Positions 1 to 10,246 of a stretch of 22,468 nt of DNA are shown one piece after another; the first letter of the stretch is position 1; each line of letters starts with the position of its first letter. Position numbers and translations under genes: made by a program. Source of the DNA: an uncultured bacterium (GTDB taxonomy: Bacteria; Hydrogenedentota; Hydrogenedentia; Hydrogenedentales; JAEUWI01); NCBI GenBank assembly GCA_963977445.1, contig CAXBPH010000095.1, positions 1 to 22,468 of the forward strand. Direction: 5' to 3'. The notes beneath the pieces are model-generated. The model saw only the letters and a list, made by a program, of their open reading frames with translations. It made no database searches and was not told the DNA's origin.

Positions 1-2530
1 CTCCTTCTCCTTCTCCTTCTCCTTCTCCTTCTCCTTCTCCTTCGCCTTCGCCTTCTCCTTCTCCTTCGCCTTCGCCTTCGCCTTCTCCTTCGCCTTCGCC
101 TTCGCCTTCGCCTTCACCGGAGCAATTGTCCAAGACGGTGACGATTCGCTCTTTTATGGACATATTATTCGCGGAGTCAACCGCCGTGTAAGTCAAGGTG
201 TATGAACCGGGCGTGGACGTGTCCACACTGCCCGAAACACTTGGGGTGACTGCGCCATCGACGGCATCGACAGCCGTCGCCCCGGGGTCGGTGTAACTAC
301 CGATACCGCAATCGATTACATTGAAATTGTCCGTATTGTTGGTAATCGTCAGGACCGGAGGCGTGGTATCCAGGGCGCTCAACATTATCGTCCCCTCATC
401 AATCAGATTGGGGTCGGATACGAGGGTTGAGCCAGGATTGTAATTGGTTGCCGTTGCTGTGAAGGTGTAGTCGTTGGGGGCCATGGCCGGGAATACATAG
501 ACACCGTTGTCATTGGTTGTAATGTCGGAAAAGGCTTTTGGGTCCACACTGACGACCGCATTGGTAATCGGAGTGGCCGTGTCATCATCTTCAACCAACA
601 CCGCAATCGTCACGGTCAAAATGGTCAGGTTAGCGCTTACGAAGTAGGGGACATAGTCTACGTCGCCTTCCATGCCCGCTCCGATGGTTTCGTAGTCGTC
701 TGTGCCCCAGTAGTTGGCCTCTGCCGACACCGTTTCATCGCTCTCGTTGACGATATAGGCGGCATCGGTGCTTTCAAAGGTATTGGAACCCGTATTCTCC
801 AAATCATCGACATCGCCCAGCTCGGGGACAGATGATTCGCCCTCTTGTTTGGCCGTCGGTGCCATGATTAAGATGGATTCACCGGCAATGTTTCGAAATA
901 CATTGCGTGTAATGTTGAGGGTGGAGTCCTGGGTCATAATCCCGCAGCTCAGGTTTTCCAGGGTGCAGTTCATCAACGGCGATGCTGCCGAGCCGCTGCC
1001 CGAAACGTGTACACCAACATTACTGGTCGCGTCATTGCCGTCGATGACGACGTTTTCCAACATAACCATGTCATCATCGATCCGCAGGAGGGTCGTGCCG
1101 CTTAAGGCGTCGCTCGACGGCATGCGAATGGTGAGATCGGAGATTTCGATGTCGCTGGCGGTTTCCAGCAATATGGCGTTGCTGTCATCCAGTAGGCCGG
1201 CATCCGGTTCTATGACCGTCGCACCGGGATCATCCGGGTTGGCCCCCATGAGCTGGGCATTGGGGATAAACTCCAGTTGCTCCTGGTAGGTTCCCGCCTG
1301 GAGTCGGATACCAATCATTCGGTCTTCTTCGAAGAGATCCTGGGCCATGAGAAGAGCATCCCGGATACGGCCGAAGGGGCGGGTACCGGTACCTTGTGGA
1401 TCTTCGGCATTGAGCATAGCCACGTCGACACTAAGTTCGTCGAGGACCACGATTTCGCGAGAAAGGGTCTCGGCGGCGTTCCCGGCACTGTCTTGTATAT
1501 CGAAAGAGATGGTGTATACGCCGGCCGTGTCGGGGTCGAAGGCGTCGCCGCCGACGACTATGTTACCCGTAATATCGCCATCGCACAGATCGGCGGCCAT
1601 GGCCCCGAAATTGTTTATGATCATACCGGTGAGCAGGGTGATGCGGGGTGGACCAATAAGTCGGAAGATGGGGGGCTGGGTATCTTCCACGACGACAGTA
1701 CGGGTTACCGGGTCCGCATCATTTCGATGACTGTCACGGGAATTGTATGTGATGGTATAGGTGCCGGGCGCTACGATTTTGTCCGACATTTTACCGCCTG
1801 CATTGTTGGTGATGACCGATATTACCTGGGTTTCGCCATCGCAATTGTCGGTAGCGACGGCTCCGGGGTCCTGAAGGAGTGCACCGCATTCCACCGTAAT
1901 CATATCAGGACCGTTCAGGACGATTGTGGGCGGCGTTTCGTCTACGACTTCGACCCGTCTGATTTTCTGGGTGGCAGGAAGGGCGGTGCTACCTTCGGTT
2001 ACGGTGATATCGTAGGTAATGATATAGACACCGAGGGCATGGACATCGACGGTATCGCCGCCCACGATTACACCGGTGATGGGATCACCCGTTGAGCCAT
2101 CTTCGGCCGTGAATCCGGGTTCCACAAAGTCGGGGCCACCGCATTGCAGGGTGATCATGGTCGAGCCCGTCAGTCTAATCAGGGGGGGCACGCCATCTAC
2201 AACCCGCACCAGTCGGTTGGCAACACGCGTGTAGCCTGCCCCGTCGATAACGGTATAAATAATCGTATAGGACCCCGCCACGCTGGTATTCACCGTATCC
2301 CCGGAAACCATAATGTCGGCCGTGAGATTGCCTTCGCAGCCGTCTTCGGCGGTCGCACCGGGGTCATTGTAGGGATCGCCCATCGTGATCGACGTCTCAG
2401 GTGATCCCAGGAGAATCAACATGGGTGCGGTAGTGTCCTGAACGATGACGCTCCGGTCTACGCTTATCATGTTGCCGCTGTTGTCCATGACCGAATAGGT
2501 CAGGGTGTAGGTGCCGGGCGTGGAGCGGTC
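1..2530 (-). pseudogene. C-terminal part of a large surface protein: DUF5011-type Ig repeats, a second beta-helix region, a carboxypeptidase-regulatory-like domain, a further Ig repeat and an (EG)n linker. No stop in the window; frameshifted relative to the N-terminal part.
   Basis: Hand translation from 2530 is open to the window edge: DRSTPGTYTLTYSVMDNSGN...DTTAPMLILLG...DPGATAEDGCEG...DGVPPLIRLTG...DETPPTIVLNG...DTQPPIFRLIG...GTGTRPFGRIRDAL...SAEANYWG...PITNAVVSV...TNDNGVYVF...DTTPPVLTI...GEGE. It is absent from the ORF track, probably because it has no stop codon in the window. It may be an intact CDS if the junction is an assembly error. Confidence 0.8.
2..118 (-). repeat. Hexanucleotide GAAGG(C/A) repeat encoding an in-frame (Gly-Glu)n linker, at least 19 units, truncated by the window edge
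   Basis: The + strand reads (ccttct/ccttcg)n. The minus strand reads ...DNCS-GEGEGE... in the same frame as the 2530->2 ORF, using mixed GGC/GGA codons. Confidence 0.95.
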
Positions 2531-4277
2531 ACTCGAGCATAATGGTGTTGCCGCCGATCAACGTGATGCCTGGATTCGTCACGTCAGGGAGCGAAACAGC
2601 CGTGCTGAAGGCGGAAGTGTTGCCCAACGGGCCCGTGGCGGTGGCGGTAATTCGACGGCCCTCGTAGGCGCTCAAGTCGACTGCCTGGGAAAAAGTGCCA
2701 CTTGCGGCCGAAAGCGTTGCGATGTAAGTGGCCCCCTCGTTTTCGGCGTCGGCGAAGATCTCCACCTCGGTGCCGACCGGTGCGGTGCCCATGACCGGGT
2801 CGATGCCACTGATAATCGGTGCCGCCAGGTTGGCGTTTCCGCCATTTTCCAACCGAATTCCGTCGTTCCGGTTGTTCTTGATGCTGTTTTGACGGATGCT
2901 GTTGGCGATGGTGGTGCCCCCCTCGATAAGGATGCCGAAGCCGCCGTTGTCCGCGATGGTATTGCCGTCACCGGCATTGAGACCGCCAATGCTGTTGTTT
3001 GCGGCACCTTGGCGAATGACGATGCCAATGGCATTGCCGGGCATGGTGTCACCATTGATATCCAGCCCAATCGTATTGCCCCGGATGGTGTTATTGAAGG
3101 AGCCCGCTCCCTGGATACGTATGCCCTCATCCCGGTTGCCACTGATTAAGTTACCATCGCCGCTGTTGGGTCCGCCGATATAATTCTGTCGGGCACCGAA
3201 GCTGATGTCCACGCCCCGCCCCCCATTGTGCAGCTCTTCCAGCCCGTCGATATCCGTGCCGATGAAATTGCCCAAAACGAAGTTCCCGGTCGTACCGCCG
3301 TCGCGAATGACGATGCCATCGTGTTCGTTACCGGATACAAGATTACCGGCACCCGTTGCGTTACCCCCGATGAAATTGCCCTCGGCACCACGAGCAAGAC
3401 GGATACCGGCGAATCGGTTGGGCAGTGAGGCCGTTCCGGAGGCCTTCGTACCGATGCGATTCCCCTGGATGACGTTGTCGGTCGTACCGCCGTCCTCGAT
3501 GGCAATACCGTCTTCGCGGTTGCCCGAAATAAGGTTCCCTGTGCCCGCGCCGACGCCACCAATTATATTGGTGGACGCGCGCCCAAAGAGGCGGACCCCG
3601 TTTTCGCCATTGGGAACAGGGTTGTTTCCACTGACGCCGGTCCCGATGTAGTTTCCCTGGATGATGTTGTTGCTGGTGGGGGTGGTGAGATTGTTGTCAC
3701 GGCTGATGGCCACCCCGTTACGCCCGTTGCCCGAGATGATATTTCGATTGGCGGCGTTGACGCCGCCGATGAGGTTATTGCTGGCACCGAATCCCAGGCG
3801 GACACCGTCACGCTTGTTTGGTCGGGCATCGGTTCCATCGGTTCCGATTTGACAGCCCTGGATTCGATTGCCCGTGGCGACAACACCCATGATAGAAATG
3901 CCGTCACCGGGGAAGTTGAGCACCATGAGGTTTTCAATCGCGTTGTTTGCCGAATTGATGACCAATCCGATGCCACGGTCCGGTAACATGCTGCCATCTA
4001 AGACAGCCACGCCGCCGCCGTTCAGGGTCGTGCTGTCTTCGGTAAAGACCGGGAGGGGGCCCATGATGCTGAATACCGTGGTCGAGCCAAAGTTAAAGGT
4101 GATGGTATCGGGTTCACCATTGCTGTTGGCCAGGGTCAGGGCCTCCCGGAGGGTTCCAGGACCGTTGTCGGAGGTGTTGGAGACAATAAGCTCCGCCCCG
4201 TAGCTCCGCCATACCGGGACGGTCAGCAAAATGAGTATGAATGCGTGAATTGCGTATCTGCAGGTAGACGTGCCCAT
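2529..4277 (-). pseudogene. N-terminal part of the same secreted protein: signal peptide plus right-handed parallel beta-helix repeats, ending prematurely inside a DUF5011 Ig domain
   Basis: ATG 4277 is preceded by GAAGGGA. The N-terminus is signal-peptide-like (AIHAFILILLTVPVWRSYGA) and is followed by VSNTSDNGPGTLREAL. There are ~55-aa repeats GNLISGN..GI.I...N.IQGN.IGT. The frame ends DVTNPGITLIGGNTIMLE-TGA. Confidence 0.8.
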
Positions 4278-4383
4278 GGTGTCCCTTCGTAACTTCACGA
4301 TGCCATCGAGGTTGTGGTGATACCCCAGTATATACGGTGAACCGCAAATGGCAAAATGAATTGTTTCCGGGGAGGGGCAGGTT

Positions 4384-5487
4384 TTACGCAGACGCGAGTC
4401 GATTCAAGATGTCGAGCCCCTGCTGGAGGGTCTCATTGGTTGCCGCGAAGGAAATGCGAAAATGGGTCTTGACGACACTGAAAACGGACCCGGGGATGAT
4501 GAGCAGGTTGTTTTCAATGGCGGACTTGACGAATGCGTCGCCATGGCCATCGGGGGCTTTCGGAAAGATATAAAAGGCCCCACCGGGCTTGGCTATCTCA
4601 AATTGGCCTTGGAGACCGTTGTAGATGAGGTCTCGTTTTTCCCGGTAGGCGTCCACTTTTTCGGTCATGTCGGCCTTCAGAGCCACAACCGCCGCCTTTT
4701 GGACGATAGAGGGCGCGCAGACGAAGGTATATTGCTGGAGGGTGTTCATGGCCTGGATGATGTCACTGGGGCCGGCCGCCCAACCGAGACGCCAGCCCGT
4801 CATGCCGGCGGATTTGCTGAGTCCATTGAGGAGGATGACGTTTTCATACATGCCCACCATGGTGGCGGCTTTTTCGTCGTATTGGAGGGCCTCATAGATT
4901 TCGTCGGTGATGACCAGTAGATTGTGCTTTTTGGCCACGGCGGCCAGGGCTTCGAGTTCGGCCCTGTTGAGGGTGACGCCGGTCGGGTTTCCGGGGGAGT
5001 TCACGATGATCATCTTGGTTTTGGGCGTGATGGCCGCCTCGACGCGCTCGGGGTTGAGCTTGAAGTCGGGGTAGGTGTTTACGGGAACCGGTATGCCGCC
5101 GAGGAGATTGACCAAGTGGGGATACATGACGAAATAGGGGTCGGCAAAGATGACCTCGTCACCGGGGTTGATGGTGGCCATGAGGGCAAGGTAGAGCCCC
5201 CCGGAGACGCCGCTGGTGACCATGACGTTCTCGACTTTCGCATTAAAGCGGGTGTCGTAGTACTCGGTGATGCCGTCCCGTAATTCTTCCGTGCCCCAGG
5301 TCTGGGTGTAGCCATTGAAGCCGGACTGGATAGCGGCGATGGCCTCGTCTTTTACCAGGGTGTCCACATCGTAATCGGGCTGACCAATACTGAGATTAAC
5401 GGGGTTCTTCATGGTGGCGGCCATGGCGAAAACTTTGCGGATGCCACTGGCATCAATACGGCTCATACGATCGGCGAGTACGCCCAT
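4384..5487 (-). CDS. PLP-dependent aminotransferase class I/II (aspartate/aromatic aminotransferase-like), 367 aa
   Basis: Motifs NLSIGQPD, NSPGNPTG, DEIYE, SKSAGMTGWRLGW (PLP lysine) and FRISFA. ATG 5487 is preceded by an AAAGGA Shine-Dalgarno, so the start is 13 codons downstream of the track's start. Confidence 0.93.
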   Translation of the reverse strand: MGVLADRMSRIDASGIRKVFAMAATMKNPVNLSIGQPDYDVDTLVKDEAIAAIQSGFNGYTQTWGTEELRDGITEYYDTRFNAKVENVMVTSGVSGGLYLALMATINPGDEVIFADPYFVMYPHLVNLLGGIPVPVNTYPDFKLNPERVEAAITPKTKMIIVNSPGNPTGVTLNRAELEALAAVAKKHNLLVITDEIYEALQYDEKAATMVGMYENVILLNGLSKSAGMTGWRLGWAAGPSDIIQAMNTLQQYTFVCAPSIVQKAAVVALKADMTEKVDAYREKRDLIYNGLQGQFEIAKPGGAFYIFPKAPDGHGDAFVKSAIENNLLIIPGSVFSVVKTHFRISFAATNETLQQGLDILNRLASA

Positions 5488-5561
5488 GGGGAATTCCTTT
5501 AATTGGGGTAGAGTGCTCAAGAGCAAACATTGTACCGCCTGGATCCATTGCGGAGCAATGG

Positions 5562-5620
5562 GAATTTAGAATGTTGAATGGTGAATTTAGAATGTTGAAT
5601 GGTGAATTTAGAATGTTGAA
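5562..5620. repeat. Tandem 21-bp repeat (x2.8) built from GAATNNN heptamers
   Basis: GAATTTAGAATGTTGAATGGT occurs at 5562, 5583 and, partially, 5604. Confidence 0.95.
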
Positions 5621-5633
5621 AGAAAGTGCCCTT

Positions 5634-6027
5634 GGGTACAGTTACCGATTGGTCGCGACCATTTCGCCGGGGCATCGACAAGTCGCAATCGGAAACTGTC
5701 CCCGTGTCGTGGGGACAGTATCCCCCGTAAGGGTAGCGTTTTTGCACGTCAGTGGAATGGTGACTCCAACAGGGGGTGACTGTACCCGGATTGACCTGCG
5801 AGTGGGTACAGTTACCGATTGGTCGCGACCATTTTGCTGGGGCATCGACAAGCCGCAATCGGAAACTGTCCCCGTGTCGTGGGGACAGTATCCCCCGTAA
5901 GGGTAGCGTTTTTGCACGTTAGTGGAATGGTGACGTCAACAGGGGGTGACTGTACCCGAATAGATTTACCGATTGACCGCGACCCGTTCGCCGGGGCTAC
6001 GACAAGCCGCAATCGGAAACTGTCCCC
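5634..6027. repeat. REP/REPIN-like composite palindromic element: two 154-bp copies at 170-bp period plus a partial third copy
   Basis: Copies 5634-5787 and 5804-5957 differ at 6 positions; the partial copy is 5966-6027. Each full copy is bounded by GGGTACAGTTACC / GGTGACTGTACCC and has a central ACTGTCCCC-N7-GGGGACAGT hairpin. Confidence 0.9.
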
Positions 6028-6033
6028 TGGATG

Positions 6034-7311
6034 CTATTGCCGACCTTCCGCGCCGCTGGCGACCCTGGTTTTCTTGTCCAGTGCGGTGTAGTCGAGGCCC
6101 AGCGTTTGCTGTAAGGCTTCTTCCGGAGTTTTTGCATGTTGAAGGGCGTCCAGGTAATCGGGGATCTTGTCTTTGTTCTCTTTCCAAAGCACTTCCACGG
6201 CTACGTGACTCTGGGCGTAGGCGAGAGCGAGGGCTTGTGGGGCGAGTTCCTTTTTGGGATTGGAATCGAGATCCGAAAAGGGAAAGGTCTTGTTTCCTCG
6301 ATAGGCGGCGCTGAGATTGCGCAGGCGGTTCCTGTCCATTTCGCGCGAAAGGGTTTCGGCGAGGCCTTCGTTGAACCACCAGGGGACGTTGAAGCCGAGT
6401 TTTTCACGGAGCACGGCGTGGACGTATTCGTGGCGCAGGCGGCTGGTCAGGGTGGCCTTGCTCAGAAAGCGGCCTTTTGCATTGGTAATGGGGGCGCGGA
6501 GTTTTCCGTCGAAGAGGGCACCTACGTGGCGTTCGGCCTGGGTGGCCTCGGAAAATTCGTCGCCATCGTATAACACCACCTCCACGGTGGCCACGGGAAA
6601 AATTCCGCCCAGAGCCGTGCCAATATCCTGGTAGGCGCTTTCCAGAATGTTGAAGACCTCCGTGCGCGTTTCTTCCGAGAGCACTTTGCCGTAGCGGATT
6701 CGAAAATGGGCCGATGTGTAACTTTCAAAGTCCGACTCCACCTTTTCCTCCCGGGTGACCTTATCGAGCTTCTGCTCCAGGCCCGGAAAATCGGGATGCT
6801 CCTTCAATGCGTTCGCCCACAATTCGCGGGCCTGGCGTAGCTTGTTTTCCCGATAAAATACCTCGCCAAGCAAGACGGAGGCTTCCGCCTGGGTGGGATC
6901 CCGCTTCAGCGCTGCTTCCAGATGGACTTGGGCTTCGGGCAGTTTGCCGAGGCCCAGCATGTAGCCGCCAAGTTGGACGTGGGGGCCGGGATTGGTCGGG
7001 TCAATGGCAACCGCCTTTTCCAGGTGCGCCAGGGCCTCGTCTATGGCGTCAGCGTCGATAGCGACTTTGGCCAGGGCCTGGTGGGTGGTGCATAGATTAC
7101 GCCGAATGCCCGGGTTGTCCGGGGCGAGCTTGTGGGCGAGTTCGAAACGTTCCAAGGCTTCGGCATAGCGCTGGCTCTTGAAATAATCCATGCCGAGTTC
7201 GTTGTAGCCCCGGGCCGGTTGGGCGTTGGCCACGATGGCGACCAGGAATAGGAGGAATGCCATCGTGATGGGCACCATGGTCGGTGGGTATGCTTTGCCG
7301 ATACTAGTCAT
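6034..7311 (-). CDS. Secreted TPR-repeat protein with a C-terminal peptidase MA-like (gluzincin) domain
   Basis: Hydrophobic signal (AFLLFLVAIVANA), TPR-like helices (YNELGMDYF...ALERFELAHKLAPDN; LEKAVAIDPTN), and HEYVH followed by PWWFNEGLAE. The start is uncertain (ATG 7311, 7278 or 7263). Confidence 0.85.
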   Translation of the reverse strand: MTSIGKAYPPTMVPITMAFLLFLVAIVANAQPARGYNELGMDYFKSQRYAEALERFELAHKLAPDNPGIRRNLCTTHQALAKVAIDADAIDEALAHLEKAVAIDPTNPGPHVQLGGYMLGLGKLPEAQVHLEAALKRDPTQAEASVLLGEVFYRENKLRQARELWANALKEHPDFPGLEQKLDKVTREEKVESDFESYTSAHFRIRYGKVLSEETRTEVFNILESAYQDIGTALGGIFPVATVEVVLYDGDEFSEATQAERHVGALFDGKLRAPITNAKGRFLSKATLTSRLRHEYVHAVLREKLGFNVPWWFNEGLAETLSREMDRNRLRNLSAAYRGNKTFPFSDLDSNPKKELAPQALALAYAQSHVAVEVLWKENKDKIPDYLDALQHAKTPEEALQQTLGLDYTALDKKTRVASGAEGRQ

Positions 7312-7507
7312 AGCGTCAACGTAGCATGGAGAAGCCACGACCTGCAACGGGATGCCAGGGCGTGCTTCACACGGGGCCGGGGGAGGTCACGGCCTGTCGG
7401 GTGGTCAGGGGGAGCCTTCATGTGGTCTAATCGATGGGTCAGGTCTGCCCGTCGGGGGCATCGGTTGCGACCTGTTGTGTGCCTGAAACCCAAAAAAGGA
7501 AATCGGA

Positions 7508-10246
7508 ATGAAGTATCTGCGATCTGTGGCAATTCTGGCTATCTTTGCCGTTCTGGTTGTCGAAGGGAGCGTTGCCGCCCCCGCCGCTATGACCCTCCAT
7601 GTTTCCCCCCAGGGCAACGATGCCTGGTCGGGTGCAATGGCGGTTCCGAAGACGGATGGAACCGATGGTCCCCTGGCGACCATCGCGGGTGCCCGTGATT
7701 CGATTCGTACACTCACGGAGCGGGACGTACCGATTCTTGTGTCGATTCACGGGGGTGACTACGGTATTTCCGAAGCCCTCACCTTTTTGCCCGAAGATTC
7801 GGGAACGGCCGACGCGCCAATTACCTATCGCGCCGTGGCGGGTGAAGAGGCACTTATTCATGGTGGCCGCGCCATCTCCGGTTGGCGACAGGAGGGGGCA
7901 CTCTGGGTGGCCGATATTCCCGAGGTGAAATCGGGGGAATGGGCCTTCAGTCAGTTGTGGGTTAATGGGGAACGGCGTACCCCGGCGCGGACGCCCAATG
8001 GCAAGAACGGCGCAGGGGATTTTCCCGAGGGGGATGAGCTCTTTTATACCGCTGGGCCTGTAATGGAAGACAAGGCAGATTCCACCGAAAAAGCCAAGAG
8101 CGCGACCCGTTTCTATTATCGGCCTGGGGACCTGGAAGCCTGGGACGATCTGGACGACGCGATTGTCGTGGTCTATCACTCCTGGGAGACGGCCCTGTTG
8201 CGGCCCAAGTCCATCGATACGGAAAATCATATTATTGAATTCACCGGTGCCACCAACTGGGGCTTTGGCTATTGGCGCCCGGACCAGCGCTATTATATCG
8301 AGCATCTGTTCGCTGCCCTGGACCAGCCGGGCGAGTGGTACTTGAATAAGAAAGAAGGACGTCTTTATTACATGCCCATGGCGGGCGAGGAAATTGACAC
8401 GGTAAAGGCCATGGCTCCTGTGGCTGGCCAGTTGTTACGCCTTGAAGGGGATCCCAAGGGCGGGCAATTCGTGGAGCATCTTCGTTTCGAGGGGCTGAAG
8501 TTTTACTACACGGAATACAAGGTCGCCCCGACGGGCCACAGTGACGGTCAGGCGGCCTTCAGTGTGCCCGCGGCGGTCGAGGCCAATGGCGCACGGAATG
8601 TGACCTTCGACGCCTGCGAAGTGGGCCATGTGGGCGGCTATGGCATCTGGTTCCGCACGGGAAGTCAGAACAATCAGCTTTTGAATAGCGAAGTCTACGA
8701 TCTGGGTGCGGGTGGCGTTCGAATCGGTGAAGGGGGGAGTCCCGGGAGCGAAAATGAGGCGGTGGAGGGCAATGTGGTGGACAACAGCTTCATCCACGAT
8801 GGCGGACGCGTCTTTCGCGGGGCCATCGGCGTGTGGATTGGCCGTAGCTCCTACAACCGCCTTTCCCACAACGAGATTTGTGATTTTCGCTACACGGGGA
8901 TATCGGTGGGGTGGTCCTGGGGCTATGCGGAGACCACGGCCCACCACAACATCATAGAGTACAACCACGTTCACCATATCGCATTGGGTCAGCTCAGCGA
9001 TACGGGGGCGATTTACACCCTGGGTGCGTCGCCGGGCACGATCATCCGCAATAATGTTTTCCACGACGTGCTATCCAATGCCCGGGTCTCTGGCGGCTGG
9101 GGGATCTACTTCGATGAGGGGAGCACGGGCATTCTGGCGGAAAATAATCTGGTCTACAACACGCGGACCGGTACGCTCCACCAGCATTATGGTCGGGACA
9201 ATCGTGTGGTAAACAACATCTTTGCCTTTTCCCACAATGGGCAATTAATCCGGTCGCGGGAAGAAGAGCACAACTCATTCTTTTTCCACCGCAATATTGT
9301 GTATTACAACAACAATAAGTTGCTGGGAAGCGTATGGGGCAATGGTAATTTTGATTTAGAGAACAATATCTATTGGAGCACGGCAGAGGACGTGGCGCTC
9401 TATGATGAGATGGATTTTTCCGGGCGCACGTTGGCCCAATGGCAGTCGGAAGGTCATGACGTGTGGTCCATGGTCACTGACCCACTCTTTGAAAATGCCG
9501 AAGAGGCGGATTTTCGCTTGAAAGCGGATTCACCGGCCTTCCGTATGGGATTTCAGCCTATCGACTACAGCGAGGCGGGGCTCTATGGTGATGCGGCATG
9601 GGTCGCCAAGCCCCGGGCTATCGCTCGGCCCGCCTTCACCCCTCCGCCGGTGCCCGAGCCGGTTCATATCAGCGATAATTTTGACGACACCCCCGTGGGC
9701 AACCTCGCTGGGGGGGCCCACAGTAACGAAGACGGTGCAGGAACGGTACGGGTCAGTGACGAAGCCGCCGTCTCGGCCCCGGCAAGCCTGAAGTTCAGCG
9801 ATGCGCCGGGTCAGAAGGTGGCCTTCGATCCCCACCTGTATTACACGCCGGGCCTGAAAAATGGCACCGCCCATGCCTCTTTTTCGATTCGTTTGGAGGC
9901 GGGTGCCCTATTCTTCCATGAGTGGCGCGATAACAAGAGTCCCTATCAGACCGGTCCCAGCCTGTGGTTTCGGGATGGGAAGCTCATGGCCGGGGGCAAG
10001 GCGCTTATGGAAATTCCCGCTGACGTCTGGGTAACGGTCTCAATTACTTGTCCTCTGGGAAGAGACGCCACGGGAACCTACGACCTGCGTGTCGAGGTGG
10101 CGGGACAGGCCACCCAGGAATTTGAAGGGCTGCCTTGCGGGGTGGAGACCTTTCACCGCCTGGACTGGTTCGGCTTTGTATCCAATGCCACCGATACCGT
10201 GGCTGTGTATATAGACGATGTGAACGTGGAGGCCGTAATGCCCTGA
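7508..10246 (+). CDS. Secreted right-handed beta-helix protein (GH141-like putative glycoside hydrolase) with a C-terminal beta-sandwich/lectin-like module, 912 aa
   Basis: AAAAGGA Shine-Dalgarno and a signal peptide. Motifs HVSPQGND.WSG...DGPLATI..ARD, LDQPGEWY, SDTGAIYTLG and WGIYFDEGS are typical of this beta-helix family. A Pro-rich linker (PPPVPEP) precedes the C-terminal domain. Confidence 0.85.
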   Translation: MKYLRSVAILAIFAVLVVEGSVAAPAAMTLHVSPQGNDAWSGAMAVPKTDGTDGPLATIAGARDSIRTLTERDVPILVSIHGGDYGISEALTFLPEDSGTADAPITYRAVAGEEALIHGGRAISGWRQEGALWVADIPEVKSGEWAFSQLWVNGERRTPARTPNGKNGAGDFPEGDELFYTAGPVMEDKADSTEKAKSATRFYYRPGDLEAWDDLDDAIVVVYHSWETALLRPKSIDTENHIIEFTGATNWGFGYWRPDQRYYIEHLFAALDQPGEWYLNKKEGRLYYMPMAGEEIDTVKAMAPVAGQLLRLEGDPKGGQFVEHLRFEGLKFYYTEYKVAPTGHSDGQAAFSVPAAVEANGARNVTFDACEVGHVGGYGIWFRTGSQNNQLLNSEVYDLGAGGVRIGEGGSPGSENEAVEGNVVDNSFIHDGGRVFRGAIGVWIGRSSYNRLSHNEICDFRYTGISVGWSWGYAETTAHHNIIEYNHVHHIALGQLSDTGAIYTLGASPGTIIRNNVFHDVLSNARVSGGWGIYFDEGSTGILAENNLVYNTRTGTLHQHYGRDNRVVNNIFAFSHNGQLIRSREEEHNSFFFHRNIVYYNNNKLLGSVWGNGNFDLENNIYWSTAEDVALYDEMDFSGRTLAQWQSEGHDVWSMVTDPLFENAEEADFRLKADSPAFRMGFQPIDYSEAGLYGDAAWVAKPRAIARPAFTPPPVPEPVHISDNFDDTPVGNLAGGAHSNEDGAGTVRVSDEAAVSAPASLKFSDAPGQKVAFDPHLYYTPGLKNGTAHASFSIRLEAGALFFHEWRDNKSPYQTGPSLWFRDGKLMAGGKALMEIPADVWVTVSITCPLGRDATGTYDLRVEVAGQATQEFEGLPCGVETFHRLDWFGFVSNATDTVAVYIDDVNVEAVMP

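Noticed and set aside
2397..2531. Selenocysteine or stop readthrough at the TGA that sits where a Cys is expected (IMLE-C)
   Set aside because: In-frame readthrough gives non-homologous sequence (PLHARHLHPDLFG...) and stops again at 2399-2397. The Ig continuation is in the +1 frame and lacks ~30 residues, which points to a deletion.
5634..6027. CRISPR array
   Set aside because: The sequences between the palindromic arms are themselves repeated, so there are no unique spacers. The motifs alternate in orientation and there are no cas genes in the window.
5517..6091. Track ORFs inside the repeat region (5517-5858, 5571-5900, 5642-5917, 5812-6012, 5819-6091)
   Set aside because: They are translations of non-coding repeats. 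The 170-bp period is not a multiple of 3, so the same peptide appears in different frames.
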